Shown one piece after another: positions 22,201-36,258 of a stretch of DNA of 64,000 nucleotides. Position 1 is the first letter of the stretch. Every line of letters starts with the position of its first letter. The DNA comes from Lepidodermella squamata (lineage: Eukaryota > Animalia > Gastrotricha). The position numbers and the translations under genes were made by a program. The DNA lies in NCBI GenBank assembly GCA_047495785.1, contig JBLDXI010000015.1:2604001-2668000 (forward strand), written 5' to 3'. A model generated the notes under the pieces. The model ran no database searches, was not told the origin of the DNA, and was given only the letters and a program-made list of their open reading frames with translations.

Positions 22201-23723
22201 GAGCGATGGTTGACGATTTGTGGTGTATAATTAAGGTGAAATTAGCCTTTAAACTCGGCTCATCGAAACAAGGGAAAGCTTTCCGAGCAGCTAAAGGTTC
22301 GAACTGAGTCATCGCAACGTTTCTAAAATTAATTTGAATGAATTGTGATTTATGATGAAATCAATTGAACTTCACATATAATGGTCCCGAAATATCAAAA
22401 AATTTAAAAATTAGTTCAATATTTTTATAAAACCTTTTCAAATTTTCGAAAATTTTTAAATTAAAAAAATCACTAATTGCCTTGTTGAATTTTTAAAATA
22501 AAACCTATGTATTGAAACTATAATTTTTTAATTTTCCAAAACATACTCACAGCTTTGTATTTGATCCAGGAGCCTTGAAAGGTGCCTTATAAAAACCTTC
22601 GAACGTGTCCTTCAAACTGCCGCTGAAGGTTATTTCAATTAAAATGACGCGATTCGCCTTCAATTTCGAAGACAGGTCGATGACGTAGTAATTATACGGC
22701 TGGAAAGCGAATGTGTCTTTGATTTTCAGCCATTCACCATTGCTGTCGTTGTACTTGACCTGAGTCGTCGAAATGTTCAACCGATTTGCGTGTAGAATGA
22801 CGTAATAGGTCGAGTTTTCAACCCTCGCTTCGATCGACACTTTGCCGGTGAAATAGGAGTCGGAATCTGAGTAGAAGTACGGCTTCATTTCGAGGGTGTA
22901 ATGCACTGGAATAATGTCGCTGGGCAGGCGGTAGTTGGTCCATGGTTTCGATGGCTCGTAGATGACTGATCGTTTGCTAGGATTGGCTTCTTGTTCGTTT
23001 TTAGTCAGTTGGGATCGAACACTTGCCGATGATGATAGGTCGTCGCATTTCGAAGACCGTGACGTAAGGCCAGCCGCAAGTCCAACAACCAAGAGCAGCA
23101 AAGCAACTCCTATGGGAAAAGTTGGAATAATTTCGTCTTGCTGTAGCCCAAGTTCAAGAATTAGAAACGCAAACCGTGCCAACCCACTTTTCGAACCCAT
23201 TTTAGATGTGTTTTGAGGGTCTTGAATAATTGGCACAGTGTACGAAGTAGCATCCTGAAGCTAGAGGTTCATTTGAGGATTTTCAGCGGACCAAAAGGGT
23301 TCCCTTTTTATAAGAATTTATAAAACCAGAATTTCACCTACCAACAAAGGTTGACAGAACAATCAAATAGCTGACAGGAACCTTCTGGCTGAGAAATTCG
23401 ATCATGCGGTTGTACGCGCTTGTTTTACTCGCATTCGGATCGCCGCGTGGGTCATTCGAAACCACCTGTTGCATTTTTGTTGGCGCGCTCGGAGCCGCGA
23501 TTTTAGCCGGCGCAGATTGCATTCGTTTTGCCTTGGTGGCACTGCCAGCCTCAAGATAGTTGACAGCCGAAGAGTTCTCTTCATCGATTGGGCGTTGCGG
23601 CGATTCTTCATCGAAGTAACCGCCGCGGAATTCGTTGAAATATTGGCCATCACGTGTTATTTCATCGACGTTGTTTGTCAGATTGACTTCGGACAAGGCC
23701 CCGCCTTGTGATATATTGGCCAT
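19295..23723 (-). CDS. M1 family aminopeptidase (aminopeptidase N/A-like, type II membrane), copy A, multi-exon
   Basis: 'YRLPSDIIPVHYTL', 'TQFEPLAARKAFPCFDEP', 'SAMENWGL', 'HELAHMWFGNLVT...WLNEGFA', 'YLKGSS', 'SPVDRAGLIDDAF', 'WNWARENFDQL'; the intron phases I checked are consistent. Confidence 0.95.
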
Positions 23724-23867
23724 TTAAAAATTATTAACAACTTGATTTACCGTAAACAAATGTACAGTGCTCGCAGTTTTTTGCGTTCGTTCAGTCCGGG
23801 CTGAAAAAAATACACTCCTCGTGGTAACAAATTTCATTTACGTGGTTTTCATGTCGACAGACCAGCT

Positions 23868-23905
23868 TCAAAAATGGTAATTTTACGCCTATGAAACAGA
23901 GGCTT
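23868..23905 (-). promoter_or_regulatory. Conserved upstream motif shared by both aminopeptidase paralogs (second copy about 36477-36512)
   Basis: CAAAAATGGTAATTTTTACGCCTATGAAACAGAGGCT vs CAAAAATGGTAATTTTGCGCCTATGAAACGGAGGCT, 150-250 nt 5' of each ATG; surrounding DNA is not conserved. Confidence 0.55.
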
Positions 23906-24163
23906 ACAGGTTCACGTTCGTAAAGGATAGCGTTTCCGAGGCGTAGAGCGGATGCGTACATCCAAGCTGTAGCCAGATACATTTTGTTCGGCCCCCAAAT
24001 ACTTCGGTATCAGTATAATTCGAAAACTTTGGCGTTGCTCTTTAAATGCTAGAAATGATAACACTGGACTGGAGTATATGTGTTTCGAATTATTACTGAT
24101 TTTTCCAGATTCAGCCGCTCTTAGCAGCTCCGCCCCGGTCAACAGCTGTCTGAGCTTGCGCCT

Positions 24164-24203
24164 CTCGGACACATGAGACGTAGCTACGTCTCATGCTCGG
24201 ACA
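24164..24203. mobile_element. 24-bp perfect palindrome flanked by an 8-bp direct repeat (hAT-like TSD)
   Basis: CTCGGACA-CATGAGACGTAG|CTACGTCTCATG-CTCGGACA. Confidence 0.7.
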
Positions 24204-25173
24204 GTGTATGAATTCTATAGTGAAGGAAGCATCTTAAACAGAATTTACGCCTAATTTAGAGATTATTTATTTTGAATTACCTATGCTGATCAATCGTTGC
24301 AACCTTGGCAGGTTTTGAAAAGTGGTTTTAGGCCCATTGAAAATTCCAAAATTTGGTCCCGCTAAAAGGAGGAGGGCCGGTTAGCAGGTAAAATGCGCAA
24401 TCCGCCCAAGGTGAGAAAGAGCTGAAACTAATTTTAGAAATTACAGAATAATCAAAAAGATGGATAGAAAAAAGTCCGAGAGCGATAGGATGCTCAGGTA
24501 GCAATTGAAAATTCTGCGAAGTTAATACTATTTGGCGTTGCTCACAAGAACGCGTACAAATAACTCTGGTCACATGACCGCGCGAGATTCAAAACCTATC
24601 AAGGTTCGAAGTTTAAAACGCGATTTCCTGCGACAAAAGTGTCGAACAAAACCAAATTAAAATATCAGTATTAGTATTTGATATTAATTTTAATAATAAT
24701 TTTGAATTAAAAAATTAGGTGAAAAACTAGCGAAAATCGGAATTTTTTTATGCGGAACACGGCGATCGGTTTTTCAATTTTTCTTGACGGATTTAGATTC
24801 CTAGCTAAATTTCGCGTCGTTTGATGTAAAAATGTTGTAGGTTCGAGGATGTCTTGACACTAAATTTTAGCCGCAAAGTTAGTCGCAATGTGAAATTTCT
24901 GACGCTGCCATTTAAAAAGATTGCGGTGAAAAAATTCCCAGTCAAAATTTTTATTTATATCTTGTTCCAGTTTTGCGTCTCCTAGAGACAATAAATTGAG
25001 TAATTTCAATATGAACAAAAGATATATCTATCGGCAATAAGGACGTTTGAAGACTCGTTTTGTCTATTGCAAATTTACAAAAAAATCAGCACGATTTTAT
25101 AAAATGGAAAAACAGGAAAGTGAGCACATGAAAAATGTTGATCTCATTTGTTCAGTTTGTTTTTTTTTAAATA

Positions 25174-28100
25174 TCAGCAGCGGACAGGTGTATGCCTGAG
25201 TGATTGGATAAATTTGCTCAAGTTTTGTTCTTCCAGCAGAGCAGCCTCAGCCCCATCGCGAACGAATTTTCGCCAGTAGACGTTGGTTCGGATTTTTTCC
25301 ATGACTAAATTCTTCGGGCGCTCACCTGCGCCGAAACTGCCGAACGATTTCGCGAACAGCTCGAACTCCTTGTACTGCGAGGGCGTGTTGAAAAATTGAG
25401 CAATATCGACAAACCAGCGCATGAAATTACGAGTAGGGCCTCCAAAACTTTTAAAAAATCGAAAAGTTAATTATCACTCATTATCAATAACAGCAATCAA
25501 ATCAGATTAAATAATTCTGATGAAGCAGTGCAGCCAAAAAAACAAAGCTGAAATCTTACTAAGGCTTGAGCTGTTCGATATTCTCCCGGGCCCAATTCCA
25601 CATAAATTGACGACTCTCAGGGTTGTAGGTAGCATAGTTAGCCAAAAGCAGGAAATCAGGTCCTCGCAAGCTTCCATCAAAAATATATTCAAGCTCCCTG
25701 GAAAAAATGAACGATTTGAAAATGTATCCAGGTGATTTTTTCCTAGGTCCCATTTTACCTGATGACGATCCAGTTGTGGCTCGTTTTCATGACAGCAGCG
25801 TAGATAGAGTTTCGCATCGTTTTCAGGCTAGTTTTATTCGCGATGCTGAGCAGAGTATCAATGGTCCTCTCGGTATCATCGGTCAAAACCGCGGAGAGAA
25901 GAATCGGGCCGCGAATGCCGACATTTTTCGGATCTTCCCACGTACGCTGGCGGTAGTACTCGTGGTAGCACTTGATCTCCTCCGGGCGGCGGTGGACCAG
26001 ACTCATCGCAGCCAATGTAGATAAAGTATGCCTTTCAAAAACAATATTGGAATTTTAAATCAAATATTTCGATTTAACTCACGCTTTATTTGGATGGGAG
26101 TCAGGCAGAGCCAGAGCCTCTAAACGAGCTGATCGTAAGATTCCAACAATTAATTTCTGTAACAAGAGGCATAAAAAGTCCTTGTGTTGTATACTTTTTT
26201 CTTTTTACCTCGAATTGTCCATACGCGACAGAGTCGGCGAGGGCGTAGCGTAAGTAGGTCACGTGGCCTGAAAACGCGTTCCACACAATTGGGTGGGTTT
26301 CTTTAGCCATGAAGCGGATCAAATCAAAGGAGACTTTGTAAGAGAGTCGGCCAGCTTTGGACAACTCGAAGGCGTCATCGATGAGACCAGCTCGGTCAAC
26401 GGGGCTGAATGAATCCTAGCGAAAATAAAATGAAATTCACTTTCTAAACAATTTCAAATAATATAATTCCTCTTAAAGTTTCACAAATTCAAAGGCAAAA
26501 AGCTGCCCTCGCTCGATACAGTTCCCTGGAATTTTACACCAGGTGGCCCCCTCTGGTGTGGTCCTTGGCCGCGCTCTCGTGTTGTCTATTCCTAAATGGC
26601 TCCTCTTTCAAGTTTTCCGTTTTATCAAGTTGGTCCAGAGTACGGTGAACGATCCTCTTTTACGTCCTGCTACGAGGGTGTCAAGCGGCCTTGCGTCTAC
26701 AAATAACGCAATCGAGGCGATTAACGAAGTTATTAAGCGCGATTTTACATGCAGATAACGTCGGCCAATAACTGATTTCATTTAGTTAGTAATGAAAGCA
26801 ATACGTTACATCGGATGAAGACAGTTTCGCATTGTTGAGAATTATCAAGTCTACAGGATGCGAATTCAACGTTCTCATCCAGAAACGTAATCCTACCCGT
26901 AATCGGATTGATAAATAGCAAATTGAGGCCGTTGCCGAATATCCGGCTCCGTTTTGTGTTATCAACGCCTCGACGCTCTAACGCGCCAGGCGGACAACCA
27001 GGACCTATCAGATTTTGCTGCTGTCTACTGAATGCAAGCCCGATCCCTTGGGCTCACCGATGAGGAGTAAATTCAGGCCTTAGCCTTTATACTCAACACG
27101 GCCAACAGCCGCACCTTTTCGTTCCTACACACTACACGCGCGTTGCCTGCCACGTTAGCCGGCGTCTTCGCGATGCTCCAATCTCGCTTGGAGGTTTCTG
27201 CGCCGCTGCCCGAGAAGCCTTCATGTAAGCCCGGGCAATCACTGGTTAAGCTCGCCGATGACTGCCGCCACTATGCGCGTGCTCATCACGGCCTGGCCGA
27301 CTTCAACCAGGTCGAGTTTTACGCCATCGAGGCTTTCCTCGACGCCCTGCCGCACGATATTAGTGTCCCGTCACAGACAACATTCTCGATATCACGCAGA
27401 ACTACTGGAACCACTGGCGAGAAATCGTTGGTCTTCCTAAAACTATTTTCCTGCTATACGCACTCCGGAAAACTGCCGAAATCTTTTATGAATGAGACGG
27501 AAAAATAACAGCTGTTCGGAATTCATCTGCATCATGAAGTCGCAGGCCGCTGCCGAAAAACTCACCAAAGGCGAAGTATCAATCAGAGTATTCGCCATCG
27601 ATGCAACCTTTACCGGCACCGGACACCGGCGGTCGTTGCAAAAAATGCCAATCGCACGAGCACCGCTATCGCCAATGCAAGAGCAAAACAAAGCGTCGGC
27701 GTGCACAAATACGCCGCCGATTGTCTGGTCAACAATGATTAGACGAAACGTCATTGTGTCAACTGCGATAAAAAAGTCACGGTACCGGAAACCGCGGCTG
27801 TCTTTTTCAGGTTCGACGTTCACTCTGCGGTACTTCTTGCTACGCTACACCGTGTGGTGCTACGTGCTACACTCCCATAGAGGACGTGGCCGAGGTCGAG
27901 GCCGTGGAGCAGTTAGAAGCAGTTCCGAAGACGTACCTACCCGGCCGACTCGTGGTCGAGGCCGCGGAGCAGTTCAGGAAGCTTCTGAAGACCTCGAGCC
28001 TACCCGGCCGGCACGTGGTTCAATAAACTAATTTTCAAGATTGTGTTGCAATTTTCATTAATAACGGTTGATACGGTGTGGCACTTTTACTTGATAGAAA

Positions 28101-31100
28101 AAGTCACTCATTTAGTACACGCTTAACGTTTTAAGTGGCATATTGCGTGTTCAAGTGGCGTTTTAAGGATTAAGTGACGATTTCATTTTACGCGACAATT
28201 TCCAGATTTAAGTGACGCAATCAATTATGGCGTTAAGTCTTTCTTAAAATTAGAAAATAGGCAATTCTCCGAACCAATTACAAACCAGTCTTCTTAAGTT
28301 GCTCGACAAAAAAAGTACAAAAGATTCAAAAGTCTTACAATGTCTTCGTCGAGTAATTCGACGAACTTGAGCCATGATCGATACGGATAATTCACGCGAA
28401 TATAAGCAGGCTGGCCGACATTGATTTTGAGCCCTTCCAGTTCATGAGTTCGAACATCGATCGAGAACGGCATTCCATCTGAAAAAATTCTCAAGTTTTT
28501 TCGAAATTTCGAAAAAGGATTCTTACTTGGAGGAAACCATTCCGTAGACGTGTTGACATGGCCTTCCCGCCGGAAAACGATAGGAATGTACCACTGAGCT
28601 GGCGGCTGAGGTTCGTCGTCCTTCTTCTTTTCATCAACCTCAATTCTCACATGAAATTGCGGCAAAATGAACCGCTCCTGGCGTAGAATCAACTTGCTCT
28701 CAGCTTGAGAAAATTCAACAGTGACGAGGGGGTACCCTTTCTGCTCGACCCAGGTGCTCATCGCCGCTGCGATGTCAATCTGGCTGAATTTGGCCAACGA
28801 CTGCCACAAATCCGTCGTCTTCGCGTTTTTGTACTGAAACTTCTTCATGTAAGCTCGAACTCCGTCGCGGAAATTGGTCATGCCCATGGCATAGGTCAGC
28901 ATACGAATGATTGACGAGCCCTTACGATAAGTGATCGAGTCGAAAGCCGCGCTGATATCGTCGCCTGTTTTCAGGTTAAAAGCTCGAATAGCTCGAGTAG
29001 ATTCGCTGCCATCGCCGCTCATCGCGTTTAGGAAATCTTCGTATTCGTCGGCGTTTTGGAGACGGTTGATCGACCAGCTGGCGGGGAATTCCATGAAGGA
29101 CGCGAAGCCTTCGTTCAGCCACAGGTCATCCCACCACGACATGGTGACAAGATTGCCGAACCACATGTGTGCGAGCTCATGCATTGTCACCGAATTAACG
29201 CGATCTTGAGCCTCTTCGGTGCTATCGGCCGAAACCAGCAGGGCTATGAAATGAGAAAAATTAGGAGAATAAACAGTTACTTGTCGGCTTATTGCTTATG
29301 GCTACCCTTAGTCTTAACTCTTTCGTTTTAAAAATTGAAAATCTTCGACTGCAAACCGAAGATTTTTAGGTTAGTAGATTTTTCGGCTCGTAGTAGCCTT
29401 TCACATGTTTTACATAGTCCCAAATGGTATCTAAATGACCGCGGTGTTTCGGCGAGCAATAATACGCAAAAATCTTCGTTATCCTGCCTTCGTTACCGAC
29501 ATTGCGTAATGTTGAATAAGAAGGACTCAACTACTGTTTGGCCGAAGAGGACAATGATTCAGGAAATCTACATCGAAATGTTGTTCCGACCTGGAATCAC
29601 GTTCTTGGCAATGGCAGTTTCAATCTTGCATTCAGGGGATGTTTAATCGCTCCCTTTACCGATGGCGTGTTGCCATCCCCGTTAAATTTGACGGGGACTT
29701 ATGCGTTGTTCCCTTGAATAGATAATAGATGAAACCGAAATAATGAGTCTCGCTTCGATTTCACAGCCGTCAACGGCGGCCACTGCTATCAACCTGTCGC
29801 AACCTGCCACCCCAGCCACCGCATTTGATGCAGTGATGCCCAGCCACCGCAAAACCTTAACACCACATTTGATGGAACACGCCTGCAATTGCATACCTTC
29901 ACACTTAGCTTCCTCGAATTGTGGCTGTAGGCGTTCGAACTCTAAATGCAACGACGCTTGCAGTTGCAACGGGGCCCTAGGCTTCAATAATCCAATAAAT
30001 CATCAAACTGGTCTTCTTTCCACAAAATGCTACTGCGATTTTGCATCACTGTGACCAATATACGACTTGAAACGCCTCCACCGTTCTACGCTCTTGGCGA
30101 AGCAAATAGCGATCCTCGAAGCAAACCCCAAAACCCAAAGCCAATTCAAAAAAATGGCAAATGCCTCTGGTTTCTCTGGTTGATGCAATTTTTGAAAAAA
30201 TCTGGTTTGATTCATCTGGTTGATGCAAATCAAGGCCGCTACTACGCCATTCCGCAATCTACGTACGTTCCGTAACTCCTGGAAATCTACAACAAATCCC
30301 TGACTCGCTTTGGCTTGATGCTGTCCATTGGAGCGAGCAAAACGCGAGCCAGCACCTACCGCCGAGAAATGAAATCGCTGGAGTGTGTGGATTTTGCCGA
30401 TTTCAAGGTTTTTGTGAAAGAGCGGTGCCTCCTGACCAAAATTATGGCACCCGTGTGCCCGTGAGACGAATTCCTTGCGACCGGCGAATGCCCTCACTAG
30501 CAATTTAAATGATCACGTTCCGACTTTCAAAAGGGCCACCACTCGCTTGGCATGAGCACCTGTCAAAACTTAGCAGCTTAGCAGCGCATTGGCATTTTAA
30601 CCCATTGATCTTACTACGAAGCCGCGGTTCGACCCGGAAATCTGGACATATTAAGTCTGCGTCTGTGCCGGTCTCTCGCTAACCGACAACGGGACAAAGG
30701 TTCGGCTTTCCAAGAATGTTCCCACACGTCACCGTATTGCCTTTTCAAGAATGAACAGGATCTTTGTGAAACCCGGTTGTTGGGTAGGCTACCCCTTGAA
30801 CGGACCTAGCTACATAGGAAGTGAGCCACAACAAGGCAGTGCATAAAATCTGCGAGGCAATTATTGATAACCACATTACTGACTCTGCTACCCTCAAAGC
30901 TTATACCTTTTCACAATTATTACGCATTTTGAACTCAAGGAAGATAAATATCGGGATATCCCGATTGAGTTGTTGACGAATTGACCCTTCAACGATAAAT
31001 AGCGTTTTATATTCGCTGTTTCGTGACTATGCTGTTATGTCGGTCTGCCTCCTTTTGTAGAGCTTCCAAACTTGGTTACCGAGCTCATCAAATAAATAAA

Positions 31101-34100
31101 TAAATAAATCATGATATTTATGATCTTTTTATCTGGAATCTGGGAATTTACATTATGAGAATTAATGAATTTTTGGATATAAAATCTGGACTTCTATTAA
31201 CTTCCTAAAAAACCGGATGATCATTATTTTGTATGAAAATATCGCTAACCTTCTTCCTTGAACGTGACCAGGCCCCAATTCTCCATAGCACTTGACCTGA
31301 ATTCGGGCAACACGACCATATCGAGCTTAGGCAACGGGTAATCGACGCCGAAGAAGTCCTGCAACCACTCCATGCCTCGAACAGCCGTATCCAAGGCGTA
31401 GGCCGTCTGCGACATCAGATGATCAGGCGCATAGACGCAAATCGGCAAATCAAAGCTGGTCTTATCGCACCTCGCTTTCGGCTGGTACGGCCCGATAACC
31501 ATGGCTACGAGGTAGGTGCTCATTGGGACATTTGTCCGTTGAAATCGCGAGATGATGTTGAGGTCAGCTTCGTCGGAATTTCGCCTCGACTCGATGGGCA
31601 TGTTGGAGAGCGCGACAGCTGACGACTTGTGGTGCAAAATTATGGTGAAGTGAGCTTTCAAACTAGGCTCATCGAAACAAGGGAACGCCTTCCGGGCAGC
31701 CAAAGGTTCGAACTGAGTCATCGCAACGTTTCTAAAATAAATAAAAATTAACAAGTGAAAGAGTACGAATTTTGATTAATATTTGAACGTGACCGAAAAT
31801 CTCCAGAAAATTCATGAAAATTCATAAAAAAAATAACTTTCATACTTGAAGACAAATTTTAACACAATTGGAGACCAATTGTATGCACCCAATAAAATGG
31901 GGCAGTTCCCGTCTGCTCGACTCACTTTGCGCGACGCGTTCGCACGTGCGCTACTTGCTGCTGCTAGTCAGCTGCCGGACTTGGTGGTGATGAGAAGTCT
32001 TAATCAGTTTAGTCATTGGAGGAATATATGTACTAGCTAGTACTCCAAGACTATTACTCCAAGGTTTAGTCACCCTAGCCATTGCGCAGCAAACACTTCA
32101 TTTCTCTCAACAAACTACCTAACCCACTCATGCCTAGAACTAAACGCGTTGGGTTTAGTAAATCTCCAGACTAGCCACCTGCTAAAATGGGCCGGCAGCC
32201 AAAGGCTAAGCCTAGCTTGCTTCCGGTTCCGGTCGCTGAACGCCCGCTTAGTCCACCGCCAAGGATAGCCTTGGCGCCCAGTTCGACAAGCAAGATTCCG
32301 GCGAGATCGGCTACATTGCCCTCCTGGGTTCGGCGAGCCACAGGATGGCCGACATTGAGGATGTCTTTTCTGCTGTTGCTCGGGCCCAGGCAGCGAATGT
32401 TTGCAGAAGAGGATCAGTTCGTGGCGGACTTCTTCGAGGCAGTTCATGAAGTCGAGGCTACTTTTTCTAATTTGCCTCTGCCTGGACATCTTTTATCAGA
32501 TGTTATCGATTCACACAATTCAACATCGCCTTTCCGTACCAGCCGTACCTGATAGAAGCCGAAGAGCAGATTCAACCGGAGGAGGCGACTTGCGACTTCG
32601 AGTCTGGCCTTCTGCCAATCGTCCGCCAATCGGCCGAAACGGTCGCAAATTAAAATAATCGGCTGCCATTTTCACTACTCTCAATGCTTGTTAAGGTGGC
32701 TGACCAACAATGACCTAATTAAGCATTATCGCCGACTCACCGACTCGAACGATTATTCAGCGCTTCATGTCACCTGTCAATGATGTTTTCGTTGATGCCA
32801 AGTACCTCATGCTGAAGGCGGAGGAAATAGCCGTCACTAACAAGCTGTGTCCCAGCAAGCGGCTGGTCAACAAATCGCCCGAAAGAGGGCGGAGGTGAAT
32901 CAGACAAACGAAAAAATTGCTTTTGTCGACGCGCAATACATCGCTGACCTGATAATTTGTAAAAACCTGCTATTTTTATCCTATATATATTATAAATTGA
33001 ATATTTTCTGACTATTTCATAATTTGATGTTTTTTCAGAATGACGGTTCTTATGTTGATCTAGCTGGCCAAGTGCCGCCTACCCCGGCTGCGTCGACGAA
33101 TTCGACAGCGGCGCCGGCCACTCCCGCCCCGACGACTGCACCTGCGACGCCAGCACCCACTGCCACGTCAACACCGGCCGCGGCTCCGAGTGCTCCTACA
33201 ACGGCCACTACGCCAGCCGCAACTCGGAATACCCGGAAAACAGCGGTTGCTACAACGCCCGCTACGACGTCTGCCTCAGCCCCTCTCGCCCCTTCAAATC
33301 GCCGACCGGCTAACGACGATTCGACGGAGTCTACCAGCACCAAGCGTGCAAAGACCCTCGGTCAAAGGCTCGCGGCCAATAATTAATCGAACTGTCTGAT
33401 TGTTACTAGTTTTTTTTCCTGCTTCGTGTCTTATATTGTGTTGATAAACCGTTCATTTCGTTTCAAATGATGATTATACTATGCCTCAACTTCGTTGAAT
33501 CATGAATCTGTTCGAAATTTCTCGGATTCCTCGATTTGTTACGGAATTGTGTTAATAGTCAACGAAATTGTTTCCATCGATACCTCTGTTTTGTTATCGG
33601 TATCGTTTTGCTATTGTGTTTTAAAAAATTGATTTCGAAGAAATGAAATGATAAATTGATGAGAACATGACTCTCTTGTTTAGAATGGCTTCTTCATTTT
33701 CATTTACAAGAGTAACTCTTTAAAAAAACTGAATGGATATGTGACTGCAAGGCTACATTCACCTCTCAACACATGTTCAACCAACACGTTTGCTTGCCTC
33801 GATCGAACGAAAGTGCGCCAGTCGGAAAATGTGACCAACAGCCGATCTTAAGATGCGTTAATTAACGCATGCGCCTGTTGTTGATGTGATTGATGATGCC
33901 ACGCAAATGGAAGATGAGCCTGCCCGTCATAAGCTCGATATTGAAGATATTTTGACTGAGAATTTGAATCGCGCCGCCGGTCTGTCCAAGGGTCAGTCGC
34001 TTGGCAGAAATTAGAATAACTTTTCTCTGCAATATTGGCTTGAGAATGCCTGAAATTTCCGGCGATTGTTGATTTTTCTTGTTTCTTATTTGTTAATTTT

Positions 34101-36258
34101 TTTAATTAAAATTTTCCAAAAAATTTAATTTGAAAAAATTAATTAGTTGGCCTAATTGGGTTTTTTTCATAAAATAAAATTAATTATACCCAAAATTTCA
34201 AAAAATAATATACTTACAGTTTTTTACTCGACCCCGGAACATTGAAAGTCGCCTTATAGAAGCCTTCGAACGTGTCCTTTAAACTGCCGCTGAAAATTAT
34301 GTCAATAAAAATGACGCGATCCGCTTTCAATTTCGATGACAGCTCGATGACGTAGTAATGGTACGGCTGGAAAGCGAATTTTTCCTTGATTTTCAGCGAC
34401 TCACCGTTGTTGTCGCTGTACTTGATATGAACCGTCGAAATGTTCAACCGATTTGCGTGTAGAATGACGTAATAGGTCGGGCTTTCAACTCTCGCCTCGA
34501 TTGAAACTTTTCCGGTGAAATGAGAGTCGGAATCTGTGTAGAAGTACGGCTTCATTTCGAGGGTGTAATGTACCGGAATAATATCGCTGGGCAGGCGGTA
34601 GTTGGTCCATGGCTTCGATGGTTCGTAGATGACTGATCGCTTGCTAGGATGGATGTCGTGTTCGTTTTTAGTCAGTTCGAACCGAGCATTGGTTGATGAT
34701 GGTTGATCACTGCATTTCGAGGGCCGCGAGGTCAGGCCGGTCGCAAGTCCAACAACCAAGAGCAACAAAGCAACTCCTATAAAAAAAATCGTAATAATTT
34801 CATCTATTAAAGGGCCAAATTTCGAAACCACGCAAAATTTCAATCAATTAACCTGTAGGAGTAACAAAGTACGCACCAATGACCCTAATGACCTAGATAT
34901 GTTATTGACAAACTTTAATGCTGACGGCGTAGAATCATAAAAAAGTTCATGGAATAAATTTATACGAATTCATACACCTTGGCCGGAAATCCTGCTTTTC
35001 AAACCTCTCGTGTCAAAAGACAAAAAAATCCCCATTAAACTATCTATCAATGGATCGAACTATCGATTCTATGGTAGTAAAAGTGTTCCGGAGCAAGTGG
35101 ACTAAAGTGACAGAAGCGTGGGATAATTTTGCCGCATGGCTTTTTCCCTTTTCTTGCTACTTTGTAGCCTGGCAAAATTTTTGAAAATATTCGGCAAATG
35201 CTTATAGCACTTCGGCCAAGTGTCCCAATTCCGGCAGGTGGCCGAAGTTAGGTCGCAGCGGCCTAATTTAGGAAGCGGCCGAAATAATTAGGGATTTCTA
35301 CTCTACGTTACCGATTTGAACTTGTCATGTAAAAGATGTCATCGAGGGAAATCGTTTTGTGAAAATCGAACGCCCCAGAACTTCTCAATATAAATTCTGT
35401 ATTTTCCGATTATTTTCTAATTTTTAACATGGCTATGTAGCAAAGTAAGGTAAATCAAAGAAGTGGCCGAATTTAGGGCTTCATCTATTTAATTTGATTT
35501 TAAAAATTTATTTTAGAAATAATCATCAAATTCGAGTTCATTAATTAAGAAATAACTACAGAATATTTGACCCTACAAAATTAAAATTAATCGAATTGAT
35601 TTTTCAAATGGATATTAATTAAGGTCACGGCTATCTGCACCCACCTAATATCCTATTAATAGAAGAAAAAAAGGACAACCCCAAACTAACTCTAAAAGTT
35701 TGAGATTTAGCCACAAAACGAGCTAGAGTTATAGATATGTTAAAAAATTAATTTAACTCAACAATAAAATCGTGAATTTTCAGAAGAATTTATTGATACT
35801 ACGCGTACTTATAAGTATTTATAATTTCACCTACCAACAATGGTGGACAGAACAATCAAATAGCTGACAGGTACTTTCTGGCTGAGAAATTCAATCATGT
35901 GGTTGTACGCGCTCGTTTTACTCTCGTTCGGATCGCCGCGCGGGTCATTCGAAACCACCTGTTGCATTTTTGTCGGCGCACTCGGCGCCGCAATTTTAGC
36001 CGGCGCTGATTGCATGCGTTTCGCCTTGGTGGCACTGCTGCTGCTGCTGCCACCATTTTTCGACGACTTTGAACTGCCAGCCTCAAGATTATTGACATCA
36101 GGGTTCTCCTCGTCGACTGGGCGCTGAGGGCGCTGAGGCGATTCATCTTCGAAGTAACCGCGAAAATCGTTGAAATATTGGCCATCATGTGTTATTTCAT
36201 CGACGTTGTTTGTTAGATTGACCTCAGACAAGGCCCCGCCTTGTGATATATTGGCCAT
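25174..36258 (-). CDS. M1 family aminopeptidase, copy B (tandem paralog with four enlarged introns)
   Basis: Exon-by-exon match to copy A (MANISQGGALSEVNL..., SAMENWGL, HELAHMWFGNLVT, ...TPVRC*); same intron positions. Confidence 0.92.
26500..28230 (+). mobile_element. Degenerate MULE/SWIM-type transposase fragments inside an aminopeptidase B intron
   Basis: 'STNNAIEAINEVIKRDFT' and 'VFAIDATF' resemble MULE transposase motifs. RGRGRG-rich tandem repeat of about 60 bp at about 27890-28020. Many stops; absent from the equivalent copy A intron. Confidence 0.55.
29680..30700 (+). mobile_element. Degenerate TE-like coding relic (CXC-like Cys cluster, possible decayed SWIM finger) in an aminopeptidase B intron
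   Basis: 'ACNCIPSHLASSNCGCRRSNSKCNDACSCNG'; downstream 'FK*SRSDFQKGHHSLGM'. The equivalent intron in copy A is only about 55 nt. Confidence 0.4.
32100..34010 (+). other. Unidentified GC-richer insert with a Pro/Ala/Thr low-complexity segment (33040-33386) in an aminopeptidase B intron
   Basis: Coding-like composition, broken frames, TTTTTCAG acceptor before the PAT-rich segment; absent from copy A. Confidence 0.35.
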
